Part shown: positions 18,216-26,941 of the stretch, in pieces
Position numbering within the stretch: position 1 is the first letter of the stretch
Layout of the letters: each line of letters starts with the position of its first letter
DNA from: Candidatus Sulfopaludibacter sp.
GTDB taxonomy: Bacteria; Verrucomicrobiota; Verrucomicrobiia; Limisphaerales; UBA11358
DNA length: 64,000 nucleotides
Reading direction: 5' to 3'
Assembly (NCBI GenBank): GCA_035508155.1
Contig: DATJNM010000074.1
Span: forward strand, 15-64,014
Program-made: the position numbers and the translations under genes
The notes under the pieces: generated by a model
Databases searched by the model: none
Told to the model about the DNA's origin: nothing
Seen by the model: only the letters and a program-made list of their open reading frames with translations

Positions 18216-18668
18216 ATGACTCCTACTCGAATTCTACCCGATCTCCAATGCTCGCTGGTGTGTGAAGAAGTGCGCCAGGAATCCAATGGCAATTTTTTCC
18301 TCGTCGGCGTTATCAACTTCCTGCGCGTGCCGCAACTGCCCGTGGTGGCCGGGCGGTTGTGCGTTTTCAACCGCTGGACGGCCGGCATCGGCCAGTTCAT
18401 CGAAAGCATCAAGTTCATTGCCCCCGACCAGACGACCGTTCTGCGCAAAGGCGAGATGAAATTTGAATTGAAGGACGCGGCGGTGCACGCCACCAACGTC
18501 ATGGTCTTTGGCCAGATCGAATTCAAAACCGCCGGAACGTACTTCGTCGAAGTGCTCGTGGATGACGTGATGAAATTGCGCTATCCCATTCCGGTCATAC
18601 ACACGCCGTCGCCGGAACAAAACCCGCCGTCCACGCCGCCGGCGCCATCAGCGGAACCGCAAACCTGA
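18216..18668 (+). CDS. Hypothetical protein (150 aa, soluble)
   Basis: ORF with coding-like composition. No motif recognised with confidence. Confidence 0.55.
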   Translation: MTPTRILPDLQCSLVCEEVRQESNGNFFLVGVINFLRVPQLPVVAGRLCVFNRWTAGIGQFIESIKFIAPDQTTVLRKGEMKFELKDAAVHATNVMVFGQIEFKTAGTYFVEVLVDDVMKLRYPIPVIHTPSPEQNPPSTPPAPSAEPQT

Positions 18669-18674
18669 TTTTCA

Positions 18675-18751
18675 AGCCACAGATGAAACACGGATTGAAC
18701 ACAGATTCTAAAATCATTTTATCTGTGTTTCATCTGTGACAATCTGTGGCT
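18675..18751. repeat. Imperfect palindrome (CACAGAT family)
   Basis: AGCCACAGATGAAACACGGATTGAACACAGAT ... ATCTGTGTTTCATCTGTGACAATCTGTGGCT. It ends 3 nt before the next ATG. Confidence 0.8.
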
Positions 18752-18753
18752 GA

Positions 18754-19569
18754 ATGAGCGTGCCGTCCGAAGAATCCGTTTTCGCCTGGGAACCTTTCAC
18801 CCCGCGCGGCGTGGCGGCGTTCGCCCGCGTGGGACTCGGGCGCCTGCTGCTCGTGCAGTTCCTCGTGGCCTTGCTCGCCGCGGGCGCAGTCGTTTGGTTC
18901 GCCGACAAGATCGGTTTCCCGGCCGTGGCCGCCTCCATCCGCAAGTTGCCGCCCACCGGCGAAATCCGCGCCGGCCGACTGGCCTGGCCCGGCCATTCAC
19001 CGGAATTGCTGGCCACCGGTCGTATCCTGGCACTGGATGTGGACCTGGATCACTCCGGTCAGATCGGCCCCACCGCCGACCTTCAAATCGAATTTGGCAG
19101 GGAAACCATCCGCTCTTTTTCGCTGTTCGGCTATTGGGAATGGCATTACCCGCGTGATGAGGTCATCGCCTTCAATCGCAACACGCTGGAACCGCTGTGG
19201 GGGGCCTGGGCCATGGAACTCCTCATCCTGGTCGGGGTGGCCGCGGTCGTTGGCTGCTTGCTGAGCTGGTGGTTATTGGCAGCCCTTTACTTCCTGCCGC
19301 TCTGGCTGCTCGGCTTCTATGCGAACCGTGATTTGAGTTTCCGCCAAAGCTGGCGGCTGGCGGGCGCCGCCTTGATACCGGGAGCCGTGCTGATGGCAGT
19401 GGCGGTTTTCCTTTATGGCCTTGGATTTCTGAATCTGGTGTCCTTTGGTTTTATCTTCGGCGCTCATTTTGTCATCGGCTGGATTTATCTGTTCGTCAGC
19501 CTGCTGTTCGTGCCGCGCGCGCCAACCATAACCAACCGGGGCAATCCGTTCAAGATCAGGACGAAATGA
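18754..19569 (+). CDS. Hypothetical polytopic membrane protein
   Basis: 271 aa with several hydrophobic helices. No family recognised. Confidence 0.55.
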   Translation: MSVPSEESVFAWEPFTPRGVAAFARVGLGRLLLVQFLVALLAAGAVVWFADKIGFPAVAASIRKLPPTGEIRAGRLAWPGHSPELLATGRILALDVDLDHSGQIGPTADLQIEFGRETIRSFSLFGYWEWHYPRDEVIAFNRNTLEPLWGAWAMELLILVGVAAVVGCLLSWWLLAALYFLPLWLLGFYANRDLSFRQSWRLAGAALIPGAVLMAVAVFLYGLGFLNLVSFGFIFGAHFVIGWIYLFVSLLFVPRAPTITNRGNPFKIRTK

Positions 19570-19608
19570 TGAAGAACTCAAAAATGATTGTCTCCCAATT
19601 TCAAATTC

Positions 19609-19698
19609 GGGTAGGGCAGGTAGTCCTCTGCCCGCTGCGACCGTGGAGAACGGCACGCACGGACTCCGATGAATCGCGAGCGGCTGGCGCGTTCTACC
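19609..19698. repeat. GC-rich element (GGTAGGGCG... family), inverted copy with internal insertion
   Basis: GGGTAGGGCAGGTAGTCCTCTGCCCGCTGC...GGCGCGTTCTACC is the reverse complement of the 21097-21152 type. Confidence 0.7.
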
Positions 19699-19767
19699 GA
19701 GGTCTGCCACTGCCGGAACGGCAGCTTCATTGACACCCGCGCCACGGCTCTTTAGCCTCCCGGCATC

Positions 19768-21042
19768 ATGTCTCGGCTGCCGTTTGAATTCCTCCTCGCG
19801 CTGCGCTATCTGCGGCCCAAACGGACGTTCGTCTCCATCATCACGCTCATTTCCGTCGTCGGCGTCGCCCTCGGCGTGGCCGTGCTCATCATCGTCATCA
19901 GCGTCATGAGCGGATTCGACCACGATCTGCGTGCAAGAATCCTCGGTTTCAACGCCCACCTGCGCATCGTGGCGAACGGTGAAACCATGCAGAACTACGA
20001 CACGGTGATGAATCTGGTTTCTTCGAATAGAAATGTGGTCGGTGTGGCGCCATATGTCCTGGGCCCGGTGCTCATGGAAACGGAACCGGCCGGCAACCAA
20101 CAGCCGTTCTTTGCCGTGCCGTACTTGCGGGGCGCGGATCCTGCCCGCGAAAATGCGGTGAGCATGTTGCCCAAAAGCATCATCGCCGGAAAGTTCGACC
20201 TGAGCCGGCGCGGTCTGGTCATCGGCAGCGCGCTGGCCCAAAGCCTGAATCTGGCGGTCGGCGACCGGGTGGCGATTTATTCGCCGGACGAGTTGAAGAA
20301 AATGAAGGAACACCGGGGCAAATCGGACGAGGAGGCCGTCCTGCCGGATGATTACACCGTCACAGGCATTTTCGATGTGGGCTACTACGATTACAACTAT
20401 TCCATCGCCGTCACCTCGCTCGAAAACGCGCAGGAGCTTTACGACCTCGGCGACAGCGTGCATGGGTTGACGGTGATGTTGCGAGATCCCTATCAGGCAC
20501 CGGCGGTGGCCAAGGAACTGGCGGCCGTGTTGGGGCCGGGCTATGCCGTCACCACCTGGATGCAGGAAAATTCCGCCATTCTCGGCGCCGTGCTCGTTGA
20601 AAAAAATGTGATGTTTTACCTGCTGTTCTTCATCGTCATTGTGGCGGCGCTGTGCATTCTGAGCGCGCAAATCACCTTCGTGGTCCAGAAGACGCGCGAA
20701 ATCGGCATGTTGAAGGCGCTCGGCGCCACCCACCGGCAAATCTCCGGCGTGTTTCTTGCTCAAAGCGCCATCATCGGCGTATTAGGCGTGCTCATCGGCT
20801 ACGGTCTCGGGATCCTCGCGCTGACCTATCGCAATGAATTTCTGCACGTCATGAACCGGCTGACGGGCTGGGAGCTTTTTCCCGCCAAAATCTACGGCTT
20901 CAGCGAACTGCCGGCGATCATTGATGTCCGGGACATCATGCTGATTTGCGGAAGTTCGTTCGTCATTTGCATATTGGGTGGTGTGCTCCCTGCGTGGCGC
21001 GCCGGCCGTCTGAAACCCGTGGAGGCGTTGCGTTATGAGTAA
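19768..21042 (+). CDS. Lipoprotein-releasing system permease, LolC/LolE family (FtsX-like)
   Basis: MSRLPFEFLLALRYLRPKRTFVSIITLISVVGVALGV plus a C-terminal FtsX domain. Confidence 0.85.
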   Translation: MSRLPFEFLLALRYLRPKRTFVSIITLISVVGVALGVAVLIIVISVMSGFDHDLRARILGFNAHLRIVANGETMQNYDTVMNLVSSNRNVVGVAPYVLGPVLMETEPAGNQQPFFAVPYLRGADPARENAVSMLPKSIIAGKFDLSRRGLVIGSALAQSLNLAVGDRVAIYSPDELKKMKEHRGKSDEEAVLPDDYTVTGIFDVGYYDYNYSIAVTSLENAQELYDLGDSVHGLTVMLRDPYQAPAVAKELAAVLGPGYAVTTWMQENSAILGAVLVEKNVMFYLLFFIVIVAALCILSAQITFVVQKTREIGMLKALGATHRQISGVFLAQSAIIGVLGVLIGYGLGILALTYRNEFLHVMNRLTGWELFPAKIYGFSELPAIIDVRDIMLICGSSFVICILGGVLPAWRAGRLKPVEALRYE

Positions 21043-21052
21043 AAAAATGGGG

Positions 21053-21190
21053 AACATTCAACATTTAACATCCAACCTCCAGCAACCAACGATTGCGGTA
21101 GGGCGCGCCACTCCATGCACGCCGCGGCGGGCAGAGGACTGCCCGCCCTACCACTGGGTGTTGAATGTTGAACGTTGGAAGTTGAATGTT
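21053..21190. repeat. Composite element: AACATTC-heptamer palindrome arms (21053-21096, 21153-21190) enclosing a GGTAGGGCG-family element (21097-21152)
   Basis: Left arm AACATTC AACATTT AACATCC AACCTCC AGCAACC AACGATT. Right arm ...GGTGTTGAATGTTGAACGTTGGAAGTTGAATGTT. The centre is GGTAGGGCGCGCCACTCCATGCACGCCGCGGCGGGCAGAGGACTGCCCGCCCTACC. Confidence 0.8.
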
Positions 21191-21216
21191 TTATTCCGTT
21201 CCCGCGGAGGCCCGCC

Positions 21217-21915
21217 ATGAACGAGCCATTGCTTTCTGCTCGTGCGCTGACCAAGTCCTATACCATGGGCCGGCGAACGCTCGAGGTCCTGCGCGGTGTC
21301 AATCTTGAGGTGGCCCGGGGCGAATTTCTGGCGTTGCGCGGCGCGTCCGGCGCGGGCAAAAGCACCCTGCTGCATTTGATCGGCGGCTTGGATTCGCCCA
21401 ACGCCGGTGAAATTCGGTTTGCCGGACAAAACATCGCCGCCTTTTCCGACCGGCAATTGACCGACTTCCGCAATCGCCGCGTCGGATTTGTTTTCCAGGC
21501 TTACCATCTGTTGCCGGAACTTGACGCGCTGGAAAACGTTTGCCTGCCGGCGCGCGTCGCCAGAATTTCCGCGGGCGATGCAGAAAAACGCGGACGCGAA
21601 TTGCTGGCCCGGGTCGGTCTCAGCGACCGCCGGGAGCACAAACCCTTCGAACTTTCCGGTGGCGAACAGCAGCGCGTCGCCATCGCCCGCGCCCTGATCA
21701 ACGAACCGGAACTGGTCCTGGCCGACGAGCCCACCGGCAATCTGGATTCGCACACGGGCGGCGAAATCATCGAATTGCTCAAAAAGTTGCACGCGGAAAA
21801 ACAAACCACGCTCATCATTGCCACGCATGATGCCAAGGTGGCCGCGCACGCCCGGCGCGTCTTTGAACTGGCGGACGGTTGCATTGTCGAAGATGTGCAG
21901 CAAAGTGACCGTTGA
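21217..21915 (+). CDS. lolD: Lipoprotein-releasing system ATP-binding protein
   Basis: Walker A GASGAGKST, signature LSGGEQQRVAIARAL, Walker B LVLADEPTG. Confidence 0.85.
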   Translation: MNEPLLSARALTKSYTMGRRTLEVLRGVNLEVARGEFLALRGASGAGKSTLLHLIGGLDSPNAGEIRFAGQNIAAFSDRQLTDFRNRRVGFVFQAYHLLPELDALENVCLPARVARISAGDAEKRGRELLARVGLSDRREHKPFELSGGEQQRVAIARALINEPELVLADEPTGNLDSHTGGEIIELLKKLHAEKQTTLIIATHDAKVAAHARRVFELADGCIVEDVQQSDR

Positions 21916-21949
21916 AAACAGGTTTTCCGGGAATCAGCTTGCGTCCATT

Positions 21950-22885
21950 ATGCTTGAAGATCGTGATTACATGCGCCAGCCGGATTATTACCGGCCGTAT
22001 CTGTCGTTGACCATGGCGTTGCTGGTCGTGAACGCCATCGTCTTTCTGGTCGAGTGCATCCTTTCCTCCAACCCGATGCGGTTGGTGCCGGACAATCCGT
22101 TCATTTACTACTATTTTGCGTTGAGCCTCGAGGGGTTGCAGCATGGTTTCGTCTGGCAGCTGCTGACCTACCAGTTCATGCACAGCGGCCTATTGCATAT
22201 TTTCCTGAACTGTTGGGCCATTTACGTTTTCGGGCGGGCCATGGAGGAGGCCTTGGGTCCCCGGAAATTCCTGATGTTGTATTTTTCCAGCGGCGTTCTC
22301 GGTGGATTGGTCCAGATGCTGGGGGCGCTGGTCTGGCCCAGTCATTTCGGCACGGCTGTGGTGGGCGCCTCGGCCGCTGCGCTCGGCCTGGTTGCGGCGT
22401 TCGCCGCTCTTTATCCGGAGCAACAATTGACCCTGCTCCTGTTTTTCGTATTGCCAGTCACACTGCGGGCGAAATACCTGCTTTGGGGCACGGCGTTGTT
22501 GAGCGTGTTCTGCATCGTTTTTCCGGATTCGTGGCTGGCGGTGTTAGTGGGAGGGAACATCGCTCATGCCGCACATCTGGGCGGCATGTTGACGGGCATC
22601 GTTTTCGTGCGCCTGTTCATCCAAGGCCGCTGGTCCTGGCCACAACGGGGAATCCCGTCGTCGCGCCCGGCCGGGTCGCGGGAATTTGCCGTCACGCGCG
22701 CCGGCAAGGGCAGATTCTGGCGTTCGGCGGGAGGCAAACCCGACGAGGAACTTTCCACCGACGAATTTGTGAAAAATGAAGTGGACCCCATTCTCGAAAA
22801 GATTTCTGCGCACGGCATCCAAAGTCTCACCGCCCGCGAGCGCGAAATCCTGGAAAAGGCCCGCAGCAAGATGGCGAAGCATTAA
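21950..22885 (+). CDS. Rhomboid family intramembrane serine protease
   Basis: HIFLN..., GASAAALG (catalytic Ser) and AHAAHLGG (His) motifs, with a soluble C-terminal extension. Confidence 0.8.
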   Translation: MLEDRDYMRQPDYYRPYLSLTMALLVVNAIVFLVECILSSNPMRLVPDNPFIYYYFALSLEGLQHGFVWQLLTYQFMHSGLLHIFLNCWAIYVFGRAMEEALGPRKFLMLYFSSGVLGGLVQMLGALVWPSHFGTAVVGASAAALGLVAAFAALYPEQQLTLLLFFVLPVTLRAKYLLWGTALLSVFCIVFPDSWLAVLVGGNIAHAAHLGGMLTGIVFVRLFIQGRWSWPQRGIPSSRPAGSREFAVTRAGKGRFWRSAGGKPDEELSTDEFVKNEVDPILEKISAHGIQSLTAREREILEKARSKMAKH

Positions 22886-22888
22886 CCT

Positions 22889-22913
22889 GTAGCGTCGGTC
22901 TGTGACCGTCGCC
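22889..22913. repeat. Half-copy (single hairpin arm) of the GTAGCGGCG family
   Basis: GTAGCGTCGGTCTGTGACCGTCGCC lies immediately after the rhomboid stop codon. Confidence 0.6.
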
Positions 22914-23014
22914 GTTTCCCGGTGTTCCGGGAGCGCCGTTGCCAACCATCGTCCTTGGGCGCGCTGAAGCGAAAGCGGCTCGACACCTGTTCTCCGCCCT
23001 TTTACCCTCGCCCT

Positions 23015-24421
23015 GTGATAACGCGCTATTCCCGGCCGGAAATGCGGGCCATCTGGACCGACGAAAACAAGCTTCGCCTCTGGCTTCAAATCGAGCTGCT
23101 GGCCGGCGAAGCCCTGGTCAAAGAGCGCATCGTACCTCGAGCCGATTTCGCCAAAATCAAACGCGGCGCGGACAAATGGTTCGCCAATCTGCCCGGCCTC
23201 GTGCTCCGCCAGAAAGAACTGGAAAGGACGCTTAACCACGACGTCATCGGCTTTACCACCGCGGTCGCCGAGAAAATTGATGGGCAAAGAGCAGATGTTG
23301 TGGCGGTCTGTGACCGCCGGGCGGAAAATCAGCGACGGTCGCAGACCGCTGCTAAAAACGCCAGCCGCTGGTTCCACTTCGGCCTGACCAGCAGCGACAT
23401 TATTGACACTGCGTTCGCTGTCCAGATGGTCCAAAGCGCCGATATCCTGATCCAGGATGTGCGGACCGTTCGTGCTTCCATTGCGAAACAGGCGCGCCAA
23501 TACAAGTCTACCCCCTGCATCGGCCGCAGCCACGGCATCCATGCCGAACCGACCACCTTCGGGCTGAAACTCGCGCTGATGTACGACGAATTTGGCCGCG
23601 CGCTCCGGCGCCTTGAACGCACGCGCGGGGACGTTGCCATCGGCAAACTCAGCGGCGCGGTTGGCACCAGCGCGCATCTTTCGCCGCGCATCGAGGCTGC
23701 GGTCTGCAAAAAGCTTGGGTTGCGTCCGGCGCCGATTGCCACCCAGGTCGTCCAGCGTGACATTCACGCCGAATTCATGACCACGCTGGCGCTGGTCGGC
23801 GCGAGCATCGAACGCTGGGCCGTCGAGTTCCGTCATCTCCAGCGCACGGAAGTGCTCGAAGCCGAGGAACCGTTTAGTCAAGGTCAGAAAGGCAGCAGCG
23901 CCATGCCGCACAAGCGCAATCCCATCACTTGGGAACGCCTGACCGGGCTCGCTCGCGTGCTCCGCGGCAACGCCCTGGCCGCGCTGGAAAACGTCGCCCT
24001 CTGGCACGAACGCGACATCAGCCACAGCAGCGTCGAACGCATCATCTTTCCCGACTCGTGCACCTTGCTGGATTACATGCTGGGGCTGCTCACGCGGCTG
24101 ATGGACGGCCTCGCCGTTTATCCGGAGAACATGCGCAAAAACCTCGGTCTCTCGCTCGGCATGTGGAATTCGCAGACGGTCCTGCTGGCGCTCATCAAAA
24201 AGGGCCTCACTCGCGAAGCGGCCTACAAACTCGTTCAAGACGCCGCGATGAAGACCTGGGAAGTCAAGCACACTGGCCGTGATAACGCCGACTTTGTCCA
24301 GCAATTGAAAGCCGAGCCGGCGGTAGCCAGGCATTTCAGGCCGGGCGAGCTGGAAAAACTTTGCTCGCTGGAATTCCATTTCAAGGAAGTGAACGGCCGG
24401 TTCAAGAAACTGGGACTTTAA
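23015..24421 (+). CDS. purB: Adenylosuccinate lyase
   Basis: A GTG start gives VITRYSRPEMRAIWTDENK. HFGLTSSD and SSAMPHKRNP signatures are present. It carries an atypical ~27-aa insert. Confidence 0.9.
   Translation: MITRYSRPEMRAIWTDENKLRLWLQIELLAGEALVKERIVPRADFAKIKRGADKWFANLPGLVLRQKELERTLNHDVIGFTTAVAEKIDGQRADVVAVCDRRAENQRRSQTAAKNASRWFHFGLTSSDIIDTAFAVQMVQSADILIQDVRTVRASIAKQARQYKSTPCIGRSHGIHAEPTTFGLKLALMYDEFGRALRRLERTRGDVAIGKLSGAVGTSAHLSPRIEAAVCKKLGLRPAPIATQVVQRDIHAEFMTTLALVGASIERWAVEFRHLQRTEVLEAEEPFSQGQKGSSAMPHKRNPITWERLTGLARVLRGNALAALENVALWHERDISHSSVERIIFPDSCTLLDYMLGLLTRLMDGLAVYPENMRKNLGLSLGMWNSQTVLLALIKKGLTREAAYKLVQDAAMKTWEVKHTGRDNADFVQQLKAEPAVARHFRPGELEKLCSLEFHFKEVNGRFKKLGL
23297..23355. 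repeat. GTAGCGGCG-family palindrome inserted in frame in purB
   Basis: GTTGTGGCGGTCTGTGACCGCCGGGCGGAAAATCAGCGACGGTCGCAGACCGCTGCTAA aligns with both arms of 18134-18203, including the shared AATCAGCG. It encodes ..VVAVCDRRAENQRRSQTAAK.. Confidence 0.8.
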
Positions 24422-24427
24422 CCAATC

Positions 24428-25420
24428 ATGTATTCCCCCGCCGCGACCCGTTACAACTCGCCTGAATTTTACCGCCGCTGCGGTTGTTCCGGCATCCGGC
24501 TGCCGCTGATTTCACTCGGCCTATGGCACAATTTCGGCGGCAAGGATTCTTATGACAATGCCCGCGCCATCGCCTGCCGCGCCTTTGACCACGGCATCAC
24601 GCACTTTGACCTTGCCAACAACTACGGCCCGCCCGACGGCTCGGCGGAGGAAACCTTCGGCCGCATTTTGCGCGAAGATCTCGGCAAATCGCGCGACGAA
24701 CTCATCATCTCCACCAAAGCCGGTTATTTGATGTGGCCCGGCCCCTACGGCGAATGGGGTTCGCGCAAATATCTGTTGGCGTCCCTGGATCAGTCCCTCC
24801 GCCGGATGGGCCTCGACTACGTTGACATTTTTTATTCCCACCGACCCGACCCCGACACGCCGCTGGAGGAAACCATGGGGGCGGTCGCCCACGCCGTCCA
24901 CGTCGGCAAGGCGCTGTACGCCGGCATCTCGAATTATCCGCCCGCCGAAACCGTTCGCGCGGCGAAGCTGCTGCGCGACATGGGCGCGCCGTGCCTCATC
25001 CACCAGCCGCACTACAACATGTTCGACCGCTGGGTGGAACCGCAACTGCTCGACACGCTGGCGCAGGAAGGCATCGGCTGCATCGTCTTCTCGCCGCTGG
25101 CCAAGGGCCTGCTCACCGACCGTTATTTCAAGGGCGTGCCCGCCGATTCCCGAGCCAGCCGCGACCCGCGATTTCTCAGGCCCGCCGACATCACCGACGC
25201 CGTGCTGGCCAAGACAAAAAAACTCCACGACCTCGCCCAGTCGCGCGGCCAGACACTGGCGCAAATGGCGCTGGCGTGGGTGTTGCGACATCGAGCCGTG
25301 ACGAGCGCGTTGATTGGCGCGAGCAAAGTCAGCCAGGTGGACGATTGCGTCGGCGCGGCGCGGAACTTGAAATTCTCGGACGCGGAACTGGGTCAAATTG
25401 AAAAGATTCTGGCGGAATAA
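24428..25420 (+). CDS. Aldo/keto reductase (YghZ / Kv-beta-like)
   Basis: GITHFDLANNYGPPDGSAEE...YVDIFYSHRPD...; 330 aa. Confidence 0.85.
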   Translation: MYSPAATRYNSPEFYRRCGCSGIRLPLISLGLWHNFGGKDSYDNARAIACRAFDHGITHFDLANNYGPPDGSAEETFGRILREDLGKSRDELIISTKAGYLMWPGPYGEWGSRKYLLASLDQSLRRMGLDYVDIFYSHRPDPDTPLEETMGAVAHAVHVGKALYAGISNYPPAETVRAAKLLRDMGAPCLIHQPHYNMFDRWVEPQLLDTLAQEGIGCIVFSPLAKGLLTDRYFKGVPADSRASRDPRFLRPADITDAVLAKTKKLHDLAQSRGQTLAQMALAWVLRHRAVTSALIGASKVSQVDDCVGAARNLKFSDAELGQIEKILAE

Positions 25421-25559
25421 ATTTACCTTCGACAGGGAGACGCCAAATGAAGGGATCGAAGATTATCTCCGGTCTTTGTTATCTTCATTTCCTTCTGTGG
25501 AAAATTGGGCGGTGCGCACGGAGTGCGTCGCCCTGCCCTGCATGTTCTTTTCCGCCTCC

Positions 25560-26180
25560 ATGAGATTACGGCGCGACAAGTGCGGTTTGGAGCAAATTCA
25601 AAAGCGTCATGGCCGCAAAAAAGCGCTGGCCAAGGGCAACGCCTACGCCAGCAGCGTGCCGCTGAACCATTCCTCGGACATCAAAACCTGGTCGGAGATT
25701 TTCCATCTGCCGTTCGTCAGCAATCCCATTCCGACGAACGAGACGGACGTGACCGGCATCGGCTACAACCACGTCGCCATTGTCAACGACCTGAGCGACC
25801 TGTTTGTGCCGGGAGCGATTCCGGCAGCGCCGCAATTCTCGGTGACCCACACCCGTCCGTTTGTGGATCCCCAAACTCACAATGCCTATGAGTTGGCCTT
25901 CGTCACCAATGTCGGCTTCACACCGGTGCCCGCACCGTTATGGCTGGTGCTGGATAATCTGAGTGCCCATGCGACGCTGCTGAACGCGGCGGGAACGGCC
26001 TCCATCCTCGCGCCGCTCGGCAGCCCGTGTGTCGGCGTGCCCGTCGGCGACGGCGATGGTGACCGTGACGAGGTTTTGTTTCCGTTCCAGACGCGGACCG
26101 TGCTGTTGGAGTTCAATGATTCGACGGGCGGTAACATCGACTACACCCCGCGGGTGCTGGAGGCGACGCCGACGCCGTAG
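25560..26180 (+). CDS. Hypothetical protein (start uncertain)
   Basis: The ORF-track start at 25398 overlaps the AKR gene, so the ATG at 25560 is used. The C-terminal part (PLWLVLDNLSAHATLLNAAG...IDYTPRVLE) resembles a beta-sandwich tail seen in exported proteins. No signal peptide is visible. Confidence 0.4.
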   Translation: MRLRRDKCGLEQIQKRHGRKKALAKGNAYASSVPLNHSSDIKTWSEIFHLPFVSNPIPTNETDVTGIGYNHVAIVNDLSDLFVPGAIPAAPQFSVTHTRPFVDPQTHNAYELAFVTNVGFTPVPAPLWLVLDNLSAHATLLNAAGTASILAPLGSPCVGVPVGDGDGDRDEVLFPFQTRTVLLEFNDSTGGNIDYTPRVLEATPTP

Positions 26181-26225
26181 CGGAGAAAATATTCAAGGAA
26201 GTTGCGCACCGCGTTTGAGCAGCCG

Positions 26226-26260
26226 GCCGCTCCGGGAGACTGGAGCGGCTTTTTGTTTTG
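26226..26260 (+). terminator. Rho-independent terminator
   Basis: Stem GCCGCTCC / GGAGCGGC followed by TTTTTGTTTT. Confidence 0.75.
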
Positions 26261-26275
26261 CTAAACCAGAACCAT

Positions 26276-26307
26276 GCGGCAGGACAGGCGCGATGCCTGT
26301 CCTACGC
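26276..26307. repeat. Short GC-rich hairpin element (AGGACAGGC gcgat GCCTGTCCT)
   Basis: Perfect 9-bp stem at 26281-26303. Single copy in this window. Confidence 0.5.
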
Positions 26308-26374
26308 TGCGCTGTCCGCTGCTCGTTTGGTGGATTGCGAGGAGTCAGGCTTTGCCGCACCATTTACTTAAACT

Positions 26375-26905
26375 TTGAACGCCAAAAAATCATCCGCCGT
26401 GCAAATCATTCGCGCCAGTGAGGGGCATCTGCCGGCCATCGCGGAACTGGCCCGCGTCATCTGGCGCGCGTGTTATCCGGGCATTATTTCGTCGGAGCAA
26501 ATCGAATACATGCTGGCACGGATGTATGCACTGGATACGATGCGCGACGAGATTCGGTCACGGGGAATCTGCCATGACCTTTTGATGATGGCTGGCAAGC
26601 CGGCGGGGTTCGCATCTTATGGACCGACTTCCAACGCCGGTGAAATGAAGCTTCACAAGCTCTACTTGTTGCCGGAACTGCACGGTCAGGGACTGGGCAG
26701 CCGGTTGCTACAGCATGTCGAAACTGAGGCCCGCGCCACCGGGGCACGCCGGTTGATTCTTTCCGTGAACAAGCGCAATGCCACGGCCGTTGCCGCCTAC
26801 CAAAGCAATGGTTTTATCATCGCGGAATCCGTGGTGACGGACATCGGCGGCGGATTCGTGATGGACGATTACATCATGGCGAAGGAATTCAATTTCAGCC
26901 GGTGA
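26375..26905 (+). CDS. GNAT family N-acetyltransferase
   Basis: LYLLPELHGQGLGSRLLQHVE acetyl-CoA binding motif. The start is TTG at 26375 or GTG at 26399. Confidence 0.75.
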   Translation: MNAKKSSAVQIIRASEGHLPAIAELARVIWRACYPGIISSEQIEYMLARMYALDTMRDEIRSRGICHDLLMMAGKPAGFASYGPTSNAGEMKLHKLYLLPELHGQGLGSRLLQHVETEARATGARRLILSVNKRNATAVAAYQSNGFIIAESVVTDIGGGFVMDDYIMAKEFNFSR

Positions 26906-26941
26906 AGCCGGCTTGCGGCAGATTTGCGGTCCATTTGGATG

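Noticed and set aside
22922-24421. Riboswitch or leader elements upstream of purB, folD, moeB and glyQS.
   Set aside because: I could not recognise conserved cores of purine, THF, Moco or T-box elements in the short upstream regions. Those spacers are largely occupied by the repeat elements described above.
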